Source: an uncultured Gammaproteobacteria bacterium
GTDB lineage: Bacteria > Patescibacteriota > Patescibacteriia > UBA11705
Length of the DNA: 64,000 nt
Direction: 5' to 3'
NCBI GenBank assembly: GCA_964413735.1
Contig: CAYPSS010000002.1
Span: forward strand, 80,261-144,260
This document shows, piece by piece, positions 39,657-49,014 of this stretch (positions are counted from its first letter, which is position 1; the number at the start of each line of letters is the position of its first letter). Both the position numbers and the translations under genes were made by a program. Below the pieces are notes generated by a model. The model was not told where the DNA came from, did not search any database, and was given only the letters and a program-made list of their open reading frames with translations.

Positions 39657-39908
39657 TATCGTTAAGTTCTTTTTCACTCCCTGTTTTGCCATGCTAGGGT
39701 GGCCCGGAGGTCGCTGGGGAGTGACGGCAAGTGTTGAGTTCAATGGTTTGGGAGAATGTTTCGCCAAACTACTAATGGCCTTTCAACCGCCATTGAACTC
39801 CACTTGTCGAAAAAGCATTGTTGCCGGAAGCCCTCGTGCTTTCGGATAGTATTAGTAACCGGGCTCGGACTAAAGCGTTGCTACGCCAAAGTCCGAGCCC
39901 CTTTTTTT
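39657..39908 (+). ncRNA. Structured ncRNA of about 250 nt with its own promoter and intrinsic terminator; family unassigned
   Basis: A GC-rich island (about 50% GC) in AT-rich DNA. Nested hairpins: CACTCCC...GGGGAGTG; an 18-bp stem CAAGTGTTGAGTTCAATGG / CCATTGAACTCCACTTG that encloses two smaller hairpins; and the terminator GGGCTCGGACT-N18-AGTCCGAGCCC followed by TTTTTTT. Only short antisense ORFs are present. It lies between the divergent genes rsmI and the methyltransferase. Confidence 0.65.
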
Positions 39909-39946
39909 ATTTAATGATATAATTAAATTGTAAATTTAAAACAACA

Positions 39947-40789
39947 ATGAAATCCACCAGGAACAAAACAATTACAGTTTCTCAAAAAGAAATTAAAAAC
40001 TTTAATGAGTTTTTTTATTTAAACAATAACTTCAAACCAAACACCATTTATTTTGGCAATGCTCTGCAAGAGATAAAAAAATTACCAAATAGCTTTATTG
40101 ATTTGATCATTACCGATCCTCCATACAACAATGAAAAAGACTTTGGCAAAGGAAAAGTGAAAATTTCAAGAGAAAGTTTCAAAGTTTGGTGTGATTCTTG
40201 GATTAAAGAATGCGCCAGAATATTAAAACCAAACGGATCAATTTATCTTTGCATTGATTGGTCAAATTCAGGAATGATTCAAGAATTGTTAAACAAATAT
40301 TTCATTGTTCGCAATCGTATTACTTGGAAACGCGACAAAGGGCGAGGTTCTAAAAAAAATTGGAAAAATAACATGGAAGATATTTGGTTTGCCACCAAAT
40401 CAGATTCTTATACTTTTAATATTGAAGCGGTTAAAGAAAAAAAACTGGTTATTGCTCCTTATGTTGATAAAAAAGGAAACCCAAAAGACTGGCACGAAGA
40501 AAATAATCAGAAATTTCGCCTTACCCACCCATCAAACATTTGGACTGATTTAACTGTCCCCTTTTGGAGCATGCCCGAGAACACCGAGCATCCGACCCAA
40601 AAACCGGAAAAATTAATTTCCAGAATTATCATGGCTTCATCAAATAAAAATGACCTTATATTTGATCCCTTCATGGGATCAGGAACAATGGCCGTAGTAG
40701 CAAAAAAATTAAACCGCCAATACTTAGGATTTGAAATAGAAAAACGGTTTTATGTTTTGCTAAATAAAAGATTAAAAAAATCCGATTAA
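39947..40789 (+). CDS. Beta-class DNA amino-methyltransferase (N6-adenine or N4-cytosine)
   Basis: Motif IV LIITDPPYNN precedes motif I FDPFMGSGTMAVVA, which is the beta-class order. Length 280 aa. No recognisable restriction endonuclease is adjacent. Confidence 0.8.
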   Translation: MKSTRNKTITVSQKEIKNFNEFFYLNNNFKPNTIYFGNALQEIKKLPNSFIDLIITDPPYNNEKDFGKGKVKISRESFKVWCDSWIKECARILKPNGSIYLCIDWSNSGMIQELLNKYFIVRNRITWKRDKGRGSKKNWKNNMEDIWFATKSDSYTFNIEAVKEKKLVIAPYVDKKGNPKDWHEENNQKFRLTHPSNIWTDLTVPFWSMPENTEHPTQKPEKLISRIIMASSNKNDLIFDPFMGSGTMAVVAKKLNRQYLGFEIEKRFYVLLNKRLKKSD

Positions 40790-40804
40790 TTAATCGGATA
40801 ATTG

Positions 40805-41221
40805 TTAGTCAAAAATTTTTTTTGGCAAAATGCTGGTAATTGCCTTAACTTTTTCAACCAATTCCAGAAAAGCCACAAACAATTCCACTGTCCGGCGCGG
40901 ATTCAGAATTGCAAATTCAAATTCATTAAAATCAATATGAGAAAAAATCACATCAAGCCTTTTCAATGAATCAGACACCAAAACACAATCAACGAAATAA
41001 GCATCCTCACGCATTGATGAATTAATACACCCTATTTTCTTGGGATGTCTGAGAAAACAACTCGGCTCAGTTTTAATGCCAAAATAAATAACATTTTTTT
41101 CAAAACCCCATCTTGATCCAACAGATGACAACCCCTTATCACGACAAACAACAATTGTTCCTTCCGGTAAATGCCATAATTCTTCCAGCCGTGTAATTTT
41201 TTGTAAACGATCAAAGTTCAT
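40805..41221 (-). CDS. Hypothetical protein, tandem paralog A (start placed at the internal Met with a GGAGG SD)
   Basis: MNFDRLQKITRLEELWHLPEGTIVVCRDKG... is paralogous to 41313..41747 (FEELYSLPIGTVVVFKAKHD...). AAGGAGG lies 6 nt upstream of the ATG at 41221. Confidence 0.5.
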   Translation of the reverse strand: MNFDRLQKITRLEELWHLPEGTIVVCRDKGLSSVGSRWGFEKNVIYFGIKTEPSCFLRHPKKIGCINSSMREDAYFVDCVLVSDSLKRLDVIFSHIDFNEFEFAILNPRRTVELFVAFLELVEKVKAITSILPKKIFD

Positions 41222-41312
41222 TCTTTCCTCCTTCAAAAAGCAAAACCATATTAATATGGTTTTTTGTTTTTGTCAAAATAAAAACGCCTGACTTTTAGTC
41301 AGACGCAAATCA

Positions 41313-41747
41313 TCAGAACAAAAACCGCTGAGGAAATTTAACCAAGTTTCTCACTTGCCTTGCTATTTCAAATGTCTCCAACATAAAAGTAACATACTTC
41401 TCCGGGCTAAGCCGCTCAATAGTAAAATTATTAAAAGACGATTTTTCAATTCTATAATTAACCGTTTTTCCAGTTAAGCTCAAAAAAATACCAGAAACGA
41501 TTCGCAAACAACTAGTTTCATCAATAATTCCAGGCCTATCCGGATTATTAACGGCAACCATAAAACCTCCTTTATTAAAATCTAAAAGAACACTTCCATC
41601 ATTGGGCGCCATGATTGCCACATACTTTTCTTGTCCAAATCGCTTGAAAACTGGTGAATCATGCTTAGCCTTAAAAACAACCACTGTTCCAATCGGCAAA
41701 GAATACAACTCTTCGAAACTCTTAATCTCAAGGTTCTCATCAGCCAT
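41313..41747 (-). CDS. Hypothetical protein, tandem paralog B
   Basis: Shares the N-terminal EEL(W/Y)xLPxGT(I/V)VV motif and overall length (144 vs 139 aa) with paralog A. Has its own terminator hairpin at 41270-41310. Confidence 0.5.
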   Translation of the reverse strand: MADENLEIKSFEELYSLPIGTVVVFKAKHDSPVFKRFGQEKYVAIMAPNDGSVLLDFNKGGFMVAVNNPDRPGIIDETSCLRIVSGIFLSLTGKTVNYRIEKSSFNNFTIERLSPEKYVTFMLETFEIARQVRNLVKFPQRFLF

Positions 41748-41787
41748 TTTCCACTCCGCTGAAAAAGCAACCTTAATTTAACACAAA

Positions 41788-41816
41788 TAAAAAAACTGTC
41801 AACCTGACAGCTTTTT
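41788..41816. terminator. Bidirectional hairpin terminator
   Basis: AAAAAA-CTGTCAACCTGACAG-CTTTTT. Confidence 0.55.
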
Positions 41817-41826
41817 AAATTGAAAT

Positions 41827-42621
41827 TTATTTAATCACTGTTTTTTCCCATTTTTCACCATTCCAAATCACACAATTTTTCAAATCCGCAAAAATTCCCG
41901 GACATGCGCCATCGCCTTGACCGGTCAAACCACCACCAGCCGCACATCGATACTCACCATCAGCGTTATAAATATAATCAGAATAACAATCCGCACAACC
42001 CGGTTGACTGCCCAAGGATAAATAGATCACTTGATCTAAAAATTGGCAACGAAATTCAGGAATCTTTGATTGTTTTTGTTCACGCATTTGATACAACCAA
42101 TATGGGACATAATCCGGTGGTAATTCAATAATATTTTCCGTTTGCTCAACAATTTCCAAATCTTCTTGTTGTATTTGAGAGGAAGTTTTTTCCGGATCAT
42201 TACGATGGCTTAAATCCGCCCACATATTCTTTGCTTGGGTTAACGCGTCTTTCAAGGCATTGATTTTCCCCACCACTTCTTGAGCTTCGTTCAAAGTATC
42301 ATTAGTGGAAGACAAAAAATCATCAGCATTGTTTTTCAAATCTTCTCCTTGATTTGACAAATTAGTAATATTTTCTTGTTGTTTGGTAATTTCCGCAATC
42401 AGCGGCCCCTTGATATTGATATAAAGAAAATAAATCAAATATAATGCCCCCGCCACAATCAATATTGTTAATAATGCGCAACCGGCCGAATGTTTTTGTT
42501 TCGGTTCCATGTTCACATTCTTATCAGATAACGAAAAATCATCAAATCGAGATTGGTTAGACTTTTTGTTTGATTCATCTTGATAATAATTTTCCATTTG
42601 TTCACGATTGGAATGCTTCAT
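41827..42621 (-). CDS. Membrane-anchored protein with a coiled coil and a Cys-rich C-terminal domain
   Basis: TM helix GCALLTILIVAGALYLIYFLY; a helical middle region; and a C terminus carrying 9 Cys (GCADCYSDYIYNADGEYRCAAGGG...GACPGIFADLKNC). Confidence 0.45.
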   Translation of the reverse strand: MKHSNREQMENYYQDESNKKSNQSRFDDFSLSDKNVNMEPKQKHSAGCALLTILIVAGALYLIYFLYINIKGPLIAEITKQQENITNLSNQGEDLKNNADDFLSSTNDTLNEAQEVVGKINALKDALTQAKNMWADLSHRNDPEKTSSQIQQEDLEIVEQTENIIELPPDYVPYWLYQMREQKQSKIPEFRCQFLDQVIYLSLGSQPGCADCYSDYIYNADGEYRCAAGGGLTGQGDGACPGIFADLKNCVIWNGEKWEKTVIK

Positions 42622-42622
42622 A

Positions 42623-43198
42623 CTATTTATGGCGCAAACTGATTTCGTACATTATTTGCTCAATCTTATTTTGATTTTTCTTCGCCTGATCAAATTTGGT
42701 GCGCAAAACACCACTTAAATTTTGTGACAATAAAAAATGAATTACCGACGCCACTTCTTCGGCAATTTGTTCCACTGATTCAAATTTTTGTTTAGTGGAA
42801 AGCAAAACCGCGCGACGTAACAACTCGCCAGTAAAATCCGATAATCCCCCCAAATATTCTTCTGGTAATACTTTCACCTCTTTTATTTCACCAACCCTTT
42901 TCCCATCCACATAAGCATAAAACAATTTAGCTTCCGCGTATTCTTCTCGAGCGGCCGACCATGCACCTTCTTTCATTAAGCTTTGTTTTTTAGCAAAATC
43001 TTTTTGTAAACGCAAAAGTATATTTTCACTTTCGACGATTTTTTCTTTGGCTTCCTTTAAATTATCACGATGCATAGCAAAAATCGCTTGTTTAGCCAAA
43101 TGCAAAGCGGAATTAGAATGATTAATAATAATACGACGTGATTTATCATTATCACCTTGCGCTAAAGCGATCTTACCCCAAAAGTTTTTATCCAACAT
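42623..43198 (-). CDS. Translin/TRAX-family protein (putative nucleic-acid-binding protein or RNase)
   Basis: An all-helical 191-aa protein. EEYLGGLSDFTGELLRRAVLL matches the translin/TRAX signature (DYLLGvADLTGELMR). Confidence 0.45.
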   Translation of the reverse strand: MLDKNFWGKIALAQGDNDKSRRIIINHSNSALHLAKQAIFAMHRDNLKEAKEKIVESENILLRLQKDFAKKQSLMKEGAWSAAREEYAEAKLFYAYVDGKRVGEIKEVKVLPEEYLGGLSDFTGELLRRAVLLSTKQKFESVEQIAEEVASVIHFLLSQNLSGVLRTKFDQAKKNQNKIEQIMYEISLRHK

Positions 43199-43201
43199 AA
43201 T

Positions 43202-44206
43202 TTATTTCAAATATTTATTACGATTAATTATATGCTCTTCGTGATTCCGACTGAAAATAATTTCATTCGTTGGAGTGGTTAAGAAAAAATAATATGATGT
43301 ATCCGCCGGATAAACAGTGGCTTTGATTGCCTCAATGCTGGGATTGCAGATCGGACCGGGTGGCAAACCGCTATTTTGATAAGTATTATATGGGTTATCA
43401 ATTTTCGTATCATCCAGACTGGGCCGAGTTGTTCCTTTTTGCGTAATATAATTTACTGTAGCATCTGACTGCAATGGATATTTATCATCCAAACGCGACC
43501 AAAAAATATCCGCGACCACTCGACGATTTTCATAGCCGAACATTTCTTTTTCCACAATACTGGACAATGTCACAATCTCATGAATAGATTTTCCTTGTCT
43601 TTTGATTTCTTCTCGTAAATCCAGCGTTAACTTTTTATCAAAGTTATCTAACATTTTTCGCACCACCTCATCAATTGTGGAATCATCATAAACATAATAA
43701 GTATCCGGATATAAATAACCTTCCAAAGATGCTCCGCTGGGCAAATCCCGCAAAAAATCATAATCAAATCTGGCATACTGCAAATATTCCAAAAAATCTT
43801 CAGAAGAAAACAAACCCTTTTCCTCCAAATAATCAGCCACATCCACCAACCTCCAACCCTCGATAATGGTAATTGGTACCGAAGTTCGCTTTCTTTGATT
43901 TTCCGTTAATTCCCGCACTAACTCTTTGATACTCATTTGTGTATTTAAATTATATTCTCCGGCTTGAAAACGATTATCCACTTTTTGTAAGCGAACATAA
44001 AAAGTAAACCATTTCACATTATCAGACAAAAAACCTTGGTCTTGTAAATTATGAGCAATTGTTGTCACCGATTCTCCGACATTAATCGTAAATTTCTTAC
44101 TACCAAAAGGATTTTCTCCGGCTTTTTCAAATTTAAACTGCAAAATTACCCAACTAACAAAAAAAACTACGATTAACAATAATAAATATTTGATTATTTT
44201 TTTCAT
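43202..44206 (-). CDS. mltG: Endolytic murein transglycosylase MltG (YceG-like)
   Basis: N-terminal TM helix. LSSIVEKEMFGYENRRVVADIFWSRLDDKYPLQSDATVNY matches the YceG catalytic region (ASIVEKE...QSDPTV.Y). The start is placed at the internal Met to avoid a 79-nt overlap with manC. Confidence 0.75.
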   Translation of the reverse strand: MKKIIKYLLLLIVVFFVSWVILQFKFEKAGENPFGSKKFTINVGESVTTIAHNLQDQGFLSDNVKWFTFYVRLQKVDNRFQAGEYNLNTQMSIKELVRELTENQRKRTSVPITIIEGWRLVDVADYLEEKGLFSSEDFLEYLQYARFDYDFLRDLPSGASLEGYLYPDTYYVYDDSTIDEVVRKMLDNFDKKLTLDLREEIKRQGKSIHEIVTLSSIVEKEMFGYENRRVVADIFWSRLDDKYPLQSDATVNYITQKGTTRPSLDDTKIDNPYNTYQNSGLPPGPICNPSIEAIKATVYPADTSYYFFLTTPTNEIIFSRNHEEHIINRNKYLK

Positions 44207-45282
44207 AAATATTTTTCCTTCCCTTGATCTTTTAACATGGCCACGATTTTTTTCACTTCTTGAGCGCGTTTTTTCGGACAAATTAACAATACATCATCGG
44301 TTTGCACCACCACCATATTCTTCAAACCAACCGTACAAACCAATTTATCGGAATAATTATAAATCAGATTACCCGAAGAATCTTCCACGACACAATCCCC
44401 TCTTAAAATATTCTCTCGTTCTTGGCTTAGAACATCTTTCACCGCTCGCCAATGGCCGATATCCGCCCAACCAAAATCAGACGGGACCACCAACATGTCT
44501 TGATTTTTTTCCATAATACCATAATCAATGGAGATCGGTTCCATTTGCGGGAAAAATTCATTGATAATTTCATCGGAAAAATTGTTTTTAATTTTTTGTA
44601 ACAAAACATAATGCTCCGGTAAAAATTCTTGAAACTTTTTCAACAAAGTGGCGGTATGCCAAACAAACAACGCCGGATTCCATAAATACCCCCATTTACT
44701 CAAATATTGCTTAGCCATTTTTAAATCAGGCTTTTCAATAAATTTTTCAACCTCAAAAATCTCATACGGTTTTTCATTTGACCCCAAAATTTCCGCAAAA
44801 CTCTTTTTTAATTTTATATACCCATAACCAACTTCCGGATACGTGGGATGAATCCCCACCATTGCACATTTCCCCGGATGAGTTTCAATTAATTTGTTTA
44901 ATACCGCCAATGTATTGAAATATTCACTTTCGTCGAGCACATAAGCATCTGAATTAATAGTGACAAAATTTACCGCTTGATCATAAATTTTTTCCAGATA
45001 AATCGCCGCATATCCAATCGCCGGTGCCGTGTCTCTCTTGATCGGTTCTAAAATTAATCGAGTATCATCAATTAACGGCAACTGATCAACAATATATTTT
45101 TTTTGCGAGATATTGGCAGAAACAAAAATATCATCTTGAGAATAAGATTTTAATAACCGTTCATAAGTGGTTTGCAATAAACTCTTTTCACCGATAAACG
45201 GTTGTACTTGTTTGGGAGAGTTTTTCCGTGACACCGGCCACAATCTGGTTCCGCTGCCTCCGGCCATAATCACAAATTTCAT
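44203..45282 (-). CDS. manC: Mannose-1-phosphate guanylyltransferase (nucleotidyltransferase domain only)
   Basis: MKFVIMAGGSGTRLWPVSRKNSPKQ is the G-rich NTP-transferase loop typical of GDP-mannose pyrophosphorylases. Length 359 aa. Confidence 0.7.
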   Translation of the reverse strand: MKFVIMAGGSGTRLWPVSRKNSPKQVQPFIGEKSLLQTTYERLLKSYSQDDIFVSANISQKKYIVDQLPLIDDTRLILEPIKRDTAPAIGYAAIYLEKIYDQAVNFVTINSDAYVLDESEYFNTLAVLNKLIETHPGKCAMVGIHPTYPEVGYGYIKLKKSFAEILGSNEKPYEIFEVEKFIEKPDLKMAKQYLSKWGYLWNPALFVWHTATLLKKFQEFLPEHYVLLQKIKNNFSDEIINEFFPQMEPISIDYGIMEKNQDMLVVPSDFGWADIGHWRAVKDVLSQERENILRGDCVVEDSSGNLIYNYSDKLVCTVGLKNMVVVQTDDVLLICPKKRAQEVKKIVAMLKDQGKEKYL

Positions 45283-45286
45283 ATAA

Positions 45287-46102
45287 TCAGGGTCGATAAT
45301 ATAACATTAACAAAATTAAAGCACCAAAAGCAAGTCGATAAATCGCAAAAATCATCAAAGATCTTTTTTCCAAGAATTTCAAAAAATATTTTATTACCAA
45401 ATATCCGATAATAAAAGCCACTAAAACCGCAAAAAACATTATATATTTTTCTTCAAAACTGATCATTGACCAATCCAATTTGCCCAACTGGCTGATGGTT
45501 GCGCCCAAAACCGCCGGGATACTTAATAAAAAAGAAAAACGCGCTGCTTCAGCTCTCTTTAATTTTAACCACATTCCTGCTATAATGGTAGCACCGGATC
45601 GCGAAACACCTGGTACAAAAGCCAAAACTTGCGCTAAACCAATAATCAAGGCTTCGGGGATTGATAAAGATTCATAATGGCGGTTACGCTTACTCCAACG
45701 CTCCACTCCCCACAAAAAAAATCCACCGACAATCAATGTCATAGCCACGATTAATAAATGCCGAGTATATAATTCAATCAAATCAGCGGCAAAATATCCA
45801 ACAACTACAGCCGGCAATGTGGCCAGAACAATATTAAAAACGGTTTTCTGATCATCATGAGCCAAATTAAAACCGGAAAACATGGAAATAAATGATTTAA
45901 AATATCGTACCAAATCATGCCGAAAAAACATTATCAAGGCTATCAGTGTTCCAAAATGCAAAGCAATATCAAAAGTAAAATCATTTACAATTTTAAAATC
46001 CAATATTTCATGCAAAAATAACAAATGAGCGGAACTGGAAATCGGCCAAAATTCCGTGGCGGCCTGAACCGCGGCCAAAATCAACGCATAAAAAATAATC
46101 AT
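45287..46102 (-). CDS. uppP: Undecaprenyl-diphosphate phosphatase
   Basis: FWPISSSAHLLFL, ...GVSRSGATIIAGM. Eight predicted TM helices. Length 271 aa. Confidence 0.85.
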   Translation of the reverse strand: MIIFYALILAAVQAATEFWPISSSAHLLFLHEILDFKIVNDFTFDIALHFGTLIALIMFFRHDLVRYFKSFISMFSGFNLAHDDQKTVFNIVLATLPAVVVGYFAADLIELYTRHLLIVAMTLIVGGFFLWGVERWSKRNRHYESLSIPEALIIGLAQVLAFVPGVSRSGATIIAGMWLKLKRAEAARFSFLLSIPAVLGATISQLGKLDWSMISFEEKYIMFFAVLVAFIIGYLVIKYFLKFLEKRSLMIFAIYRLAFGALILLMLYYRP

Positions 46103-46116
46103 AATATCAAAACTTT

Positions 46117-46545
46117 ATGTATCATTTAATCATCATGCCAATCATGGCAGCGATTATTTCGCAAGCCATTAAATTATCAATTGATGCTTATAAAAAACAA
46201 TTTTCCTGGTCTGACCTGAACAGTTATGGCGGAATGCCCAGCTCTCATGCCGCTATGGTATCATCATTGGCCGGAGCCATCGGTTATTTGATTGGCTGGC
46301 AAACACCGGAATTCGCCATTGCTTTGGTTTTTGCCATTATCACTATTCGTGATGCCGCCGGATTTCGCTTCCAACTGGGAATTCATGCAAAAATCATCAA
46401 TCGTTATGTCTCTGAATTACCGGTGGAAAAAAATTACGCTTATCCTCATTTACGCGAACGATTGGGACACAAACCCATGGAATTATTAGCCGGCATTACT
46501 GTTGGCTTGGCAGTCACCGCATTATACATTATTTTCGTAGCTTAA
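46117..46545 (+). CDS. Divergent PAP2-family (DUF212/YuiD-like) membrane protein
   Basis: GGMPSSHAAM is the hallmark motif of the divergent PAP2/DUF212 family. Confidence 0.6.
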   Translation: MYHLIIMPIMAAIISQAIKLSIDAYKKQFSWSDLNSYGGMPSSHAAMVSSLAGAIGYLIGWQTPEFAIALVFAIITIRDAAGFRFQLGIHAKIINRYVSELPVEKNYAYPHLRERLGHKPMELLAGITVGLAVTALYIIFVA

Positions 46546-46554
46546 ACAATCAAA

Positions 46555-47424
46555 TCAATCTTGACAATTGGGACAGTAGCTTGTTCCTCGGCCACCAATC
46601 TTGGTTTTCAAAATGGTGGCTTTTTTACATTTCAAACATTTTTTTCCTACTCGACCATAAACTTTCAAAAATTTCACATACCCGCCTTTTTTACCCTCAC
46701 CATCTACATAATTACGAACCGAAGTTCCTCGATGCAACACCGCTTTATTTAAAATGTTTTTCAATGCTTGATAAAGATTTTTTCGTTGTTCCAAAGTCAA
46801 ATCTTTAATTTTCTTTGTGCCTAAAATATTAGCCGCAAAACAACTTTCATCCGCATAAATATTGCCAATACCGGCAATCAAATTTTGCATTAGTAAAAAT
46901 TTCTTAATTTCCAAACTTTTTTTCTTTTCCAATAAATTATTAAATATTTTAAAAGTGAAACCTTTGGCAATCGGCTCAATCCCATATCGTTCTTTTTCCA
47001 AATTGGCGGTTTGGTCATCAACCAATTTCAAAAAACCAAACTTACGCAAATCATTAAAATACAAAATTCCGTTTTCGCCAAAATCAAAAATTACACGATT
47101 GAAACGATCAGGATTTTCTCGTGTTTGATCAACCGGATGCCCCCCCGCTACAATATCTCCCATTGGTGGCACAAACACAAATTGTCCGGTCATTTTTAAA
47201 TGAGCCAACAATTTTAGATTTTCTCCAAAGTCTAAAATAAGTAATTTCCCCACTCGATCAACCGACTTTAGACTTTTATTTTCCAAAAATTTAATGAATT
47301 TCCCTCTACTGGGAAATATTTTTTTGACAAAATCTTTTTTTATAATAATTTTTCGTACGTGCTTCCCCACTACATATTTATGTAAATCGCGACGTACGGT
47401 TTCCACTTCCGGTAATTCAGGCAT
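46555..47424 (-). CDS. mutM: Formamidopyrimidine-DNA glycosylase
   Basis: The N-terminal MPELPEVETVRR carries catalytic Pro2/Glu3. The C-terminal zinc finger is CLKC...CPNCQ. Confidence 0.9.
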   Translation of the reverse strand: MPELPEVETVRRDLHKYVVGKHVRKIIIKKDFVKKIFPSRGKFIKFLENKSLKSVDRVGKLLILDFGENLKLLAHLKMTGQFVFVPPMGDIVAGGHPVDQTRENPDRFNRVIFDFGENGILYFNDLRKFGFLKLVDDQTANLEKERYGIEPIAKGFTFKIFNNLLEKKKSLEIKKFLLMQNLIAGIGNIYADESCFAANILGTKKIKDLTLEQRKNLYQALKNILNKAVLHRGTSVRNYVDGEGKKGGYVKFLKVYGRVGKKCLKCKKATILKTKIGGRGTSYCPNCQD

Positions 47425-47429
47425 AATTA

Positions 47430-49007
47430 TTAAAATAACGGCTGACCCGTCATATAACGGGGTGGCTCAATTTCCATTAATTTTAAAATCGTGGTCGGCA
47501 CATCACTTAGCAAACCAACTGGACGCAATAAACTCAAATCATTACCAATCAACTGTGATTCAGGGTTACTTTTCCCTTGGAAATCACGCCCGATGATAAT
47601 ACAAGGAACGGGATTCGTAGAATGATCTTTACTAATTTCTCCAGTTTGCAAATTACGTAATTCCTCACAATTACCATGGTCAGCGGTAATTATACAATTC
47701 CCTCCTTTTGACAACACCAAATCAATAATTTGTCCTATACAATAATCAACGGTTTCAATGGCTTTGATTGTGGCTTTCACATCTCCGGTATGCCCAACCA
47801 TATCCGGATTGGCAAAATTCACCAAGAAAAAGTCATGTTTTTCTTGCATAATGGTTTTGGTTAATTTAGCCGTCACTTCCAAAGCCGACATTTCTGGTTT
47901 ATCAGCATAACTGGCCACTCGCGGTGAAGGAATAACATCACGATCCTCATTTTTGAACGGATTTTCCTGACCGCCATTAAAAAAGAAAGTGACATGTGCA
48001 TATTTTTCCGTTTCCGAAATATGATATTGATTCAAACCAGCTTCACTGATAACTTTGGCCAAACATAAATCAATAGTTTCTTTTTCCATCACAATATCAA
48101 CCGGCATGCCTTTTTCATATTCCGTCATAGTCACAAATTTGAGATTTTGAAACGTTTGACGCGTAAATTTTTCAAACGGCTCGGTTACAAATGCATTGGT
48201 TAATTGACGCGCACGATCTGAACGATAATTAATAAAAATCACCGCATCATTGGATTCCACTTTAGCCACCGGATTACCCGCTTGCCCAATCACTACCGGT
48301 ACAAATTCTTCATCGTAAACTTTTTTTTCATATGATTGCTCAATAGCGACTAACGGATCATCAAAATAATTTTCCGCCTCACCCAAAGCAATTGCCTTAA
48401 AAGCTTTTTCCGTTCTTTCCCAATGATTATCACGATCCATGGCATAAAATCTTCCGGACAAAGTGGCGATTTTCCCGACTTTTATTTCTTTAGTTTTCTT
48501 GATCAATTCCGCAATAAATTCTTTGCCACCATTATATAAAGTATCTCGCCCATCCAAAAAACAATGCAAATAAACTTCATCAACCTTTTGTTTTTTGGCC
48601 ATTTCCAAAATCGCATAAGCATGTCTGATTGAGGAGTGGACTTTACCCTCACTCATTAAACCGAAAATATGCATTTTGGACTTATGCTTTTTCACATGGT
48701 CGAAAGCACCAATCAATTTTTCGTTTTCAAAAAATCGACCTTCGTTAATATAACGATCAATTCGCGGTAAATTCTGAAACAAAATTTTCCCGATTCCCAA
48801 ATTCATATGTCCCACTTCCGAATTCCCGATTTCCCCCCAAGACAAGCCCACTGATTCACCTGAAGCCAATAATGTAAATGACGGGTAATGCGTCAAATAA
48901 TTATCAAAGTTTTTTTTGTTTGCCAAAGATACACCATTACTGTCGCAAGCCGGTGCCACACCCAAACCATCTAAAACAATTAATACTGTTGGTTTTTTTA
49001 CTGCCAT
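47430..49007 (-). CDS. gpmI: 2,3-bisphosphoglycerate-independent phosphoglycerate mutase, copy 1
   Basis: VLIVLDGLGVAP, NSEVGHMNLGIG, and the C-terminal ADHGN motif. Length 525 aa. Confidence 0.85.
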   Translation of the reverse strand: MAVKKPTVLIVLDGLGVAPACDSNGVSLANKKNFDNYLTHYPSFTLLASGESVGLSWGEIGNSEVGHMNLGIGKILFQNLPRIDRYINEGRFFENEKLIGAFDHVKKHKSKMHIFGLMSEGKVHSSIRHAYAILEMAKKQKVDEVYLHCFLDGRDTLYNGGKEFIAELIKKTKEIKVGKIATLSGRFYAMDRDNHWERTEKAFKAIALGEAENYFDDPLVAIEQSYEKKVYDEEFVPVVIGQAGNPVAKVESNDAVIFINYRSDRARQLTNAFVTEPFEKFTRQTFQNLKFVTMTEYEKGMPVDIVMEKETIDLCLAKVISEAGLNQYHISETEKYAHVTFFFNGGQENPFKNEDRDVIPSPRVASYADKPEMSALEVTAKLTKTIMQEKHDFFLVNFANPDMVGHTGDVKATIKAIETVDYCIGQIIDLVLSKGGNCIITADHGNCEELRNLQTGEISKDHSTNPVPCIIIGRDFQGKSNPESQLIGNDLSLLRPVGLLSDVPTTILKLMEIEPPRYMTGQPLF

Positions 49008-49014
49008 ATAATTA

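Noticed and set aside
39570-39849. ORFs 39570..39767 (minus, 65 aa) and 39622..39849 (plus, 75 aa)
   Set aside because: They overlap the promoter, body and hairpins of the ncRNA candidate, are antisense to each other and have no SD. Their composition is driven by the RNA stems.
39657-39908. Assigning the 39.7 kb ncRNA to SRP RNA, 6S RNA or RNase P
   Set aside because: None of the family-defining motifs or closing helices could be found by eye, so it is left unassigned rather than forced.
43202-44281. Full-length 359-aa MltG ORF that overlaps manC by 79 nt
   Set aside because: The internal Met (MKKIIKYLLL...) gives a signal/TM N terminus and removes the overlap. The upstream 25 codons are probably not translated.
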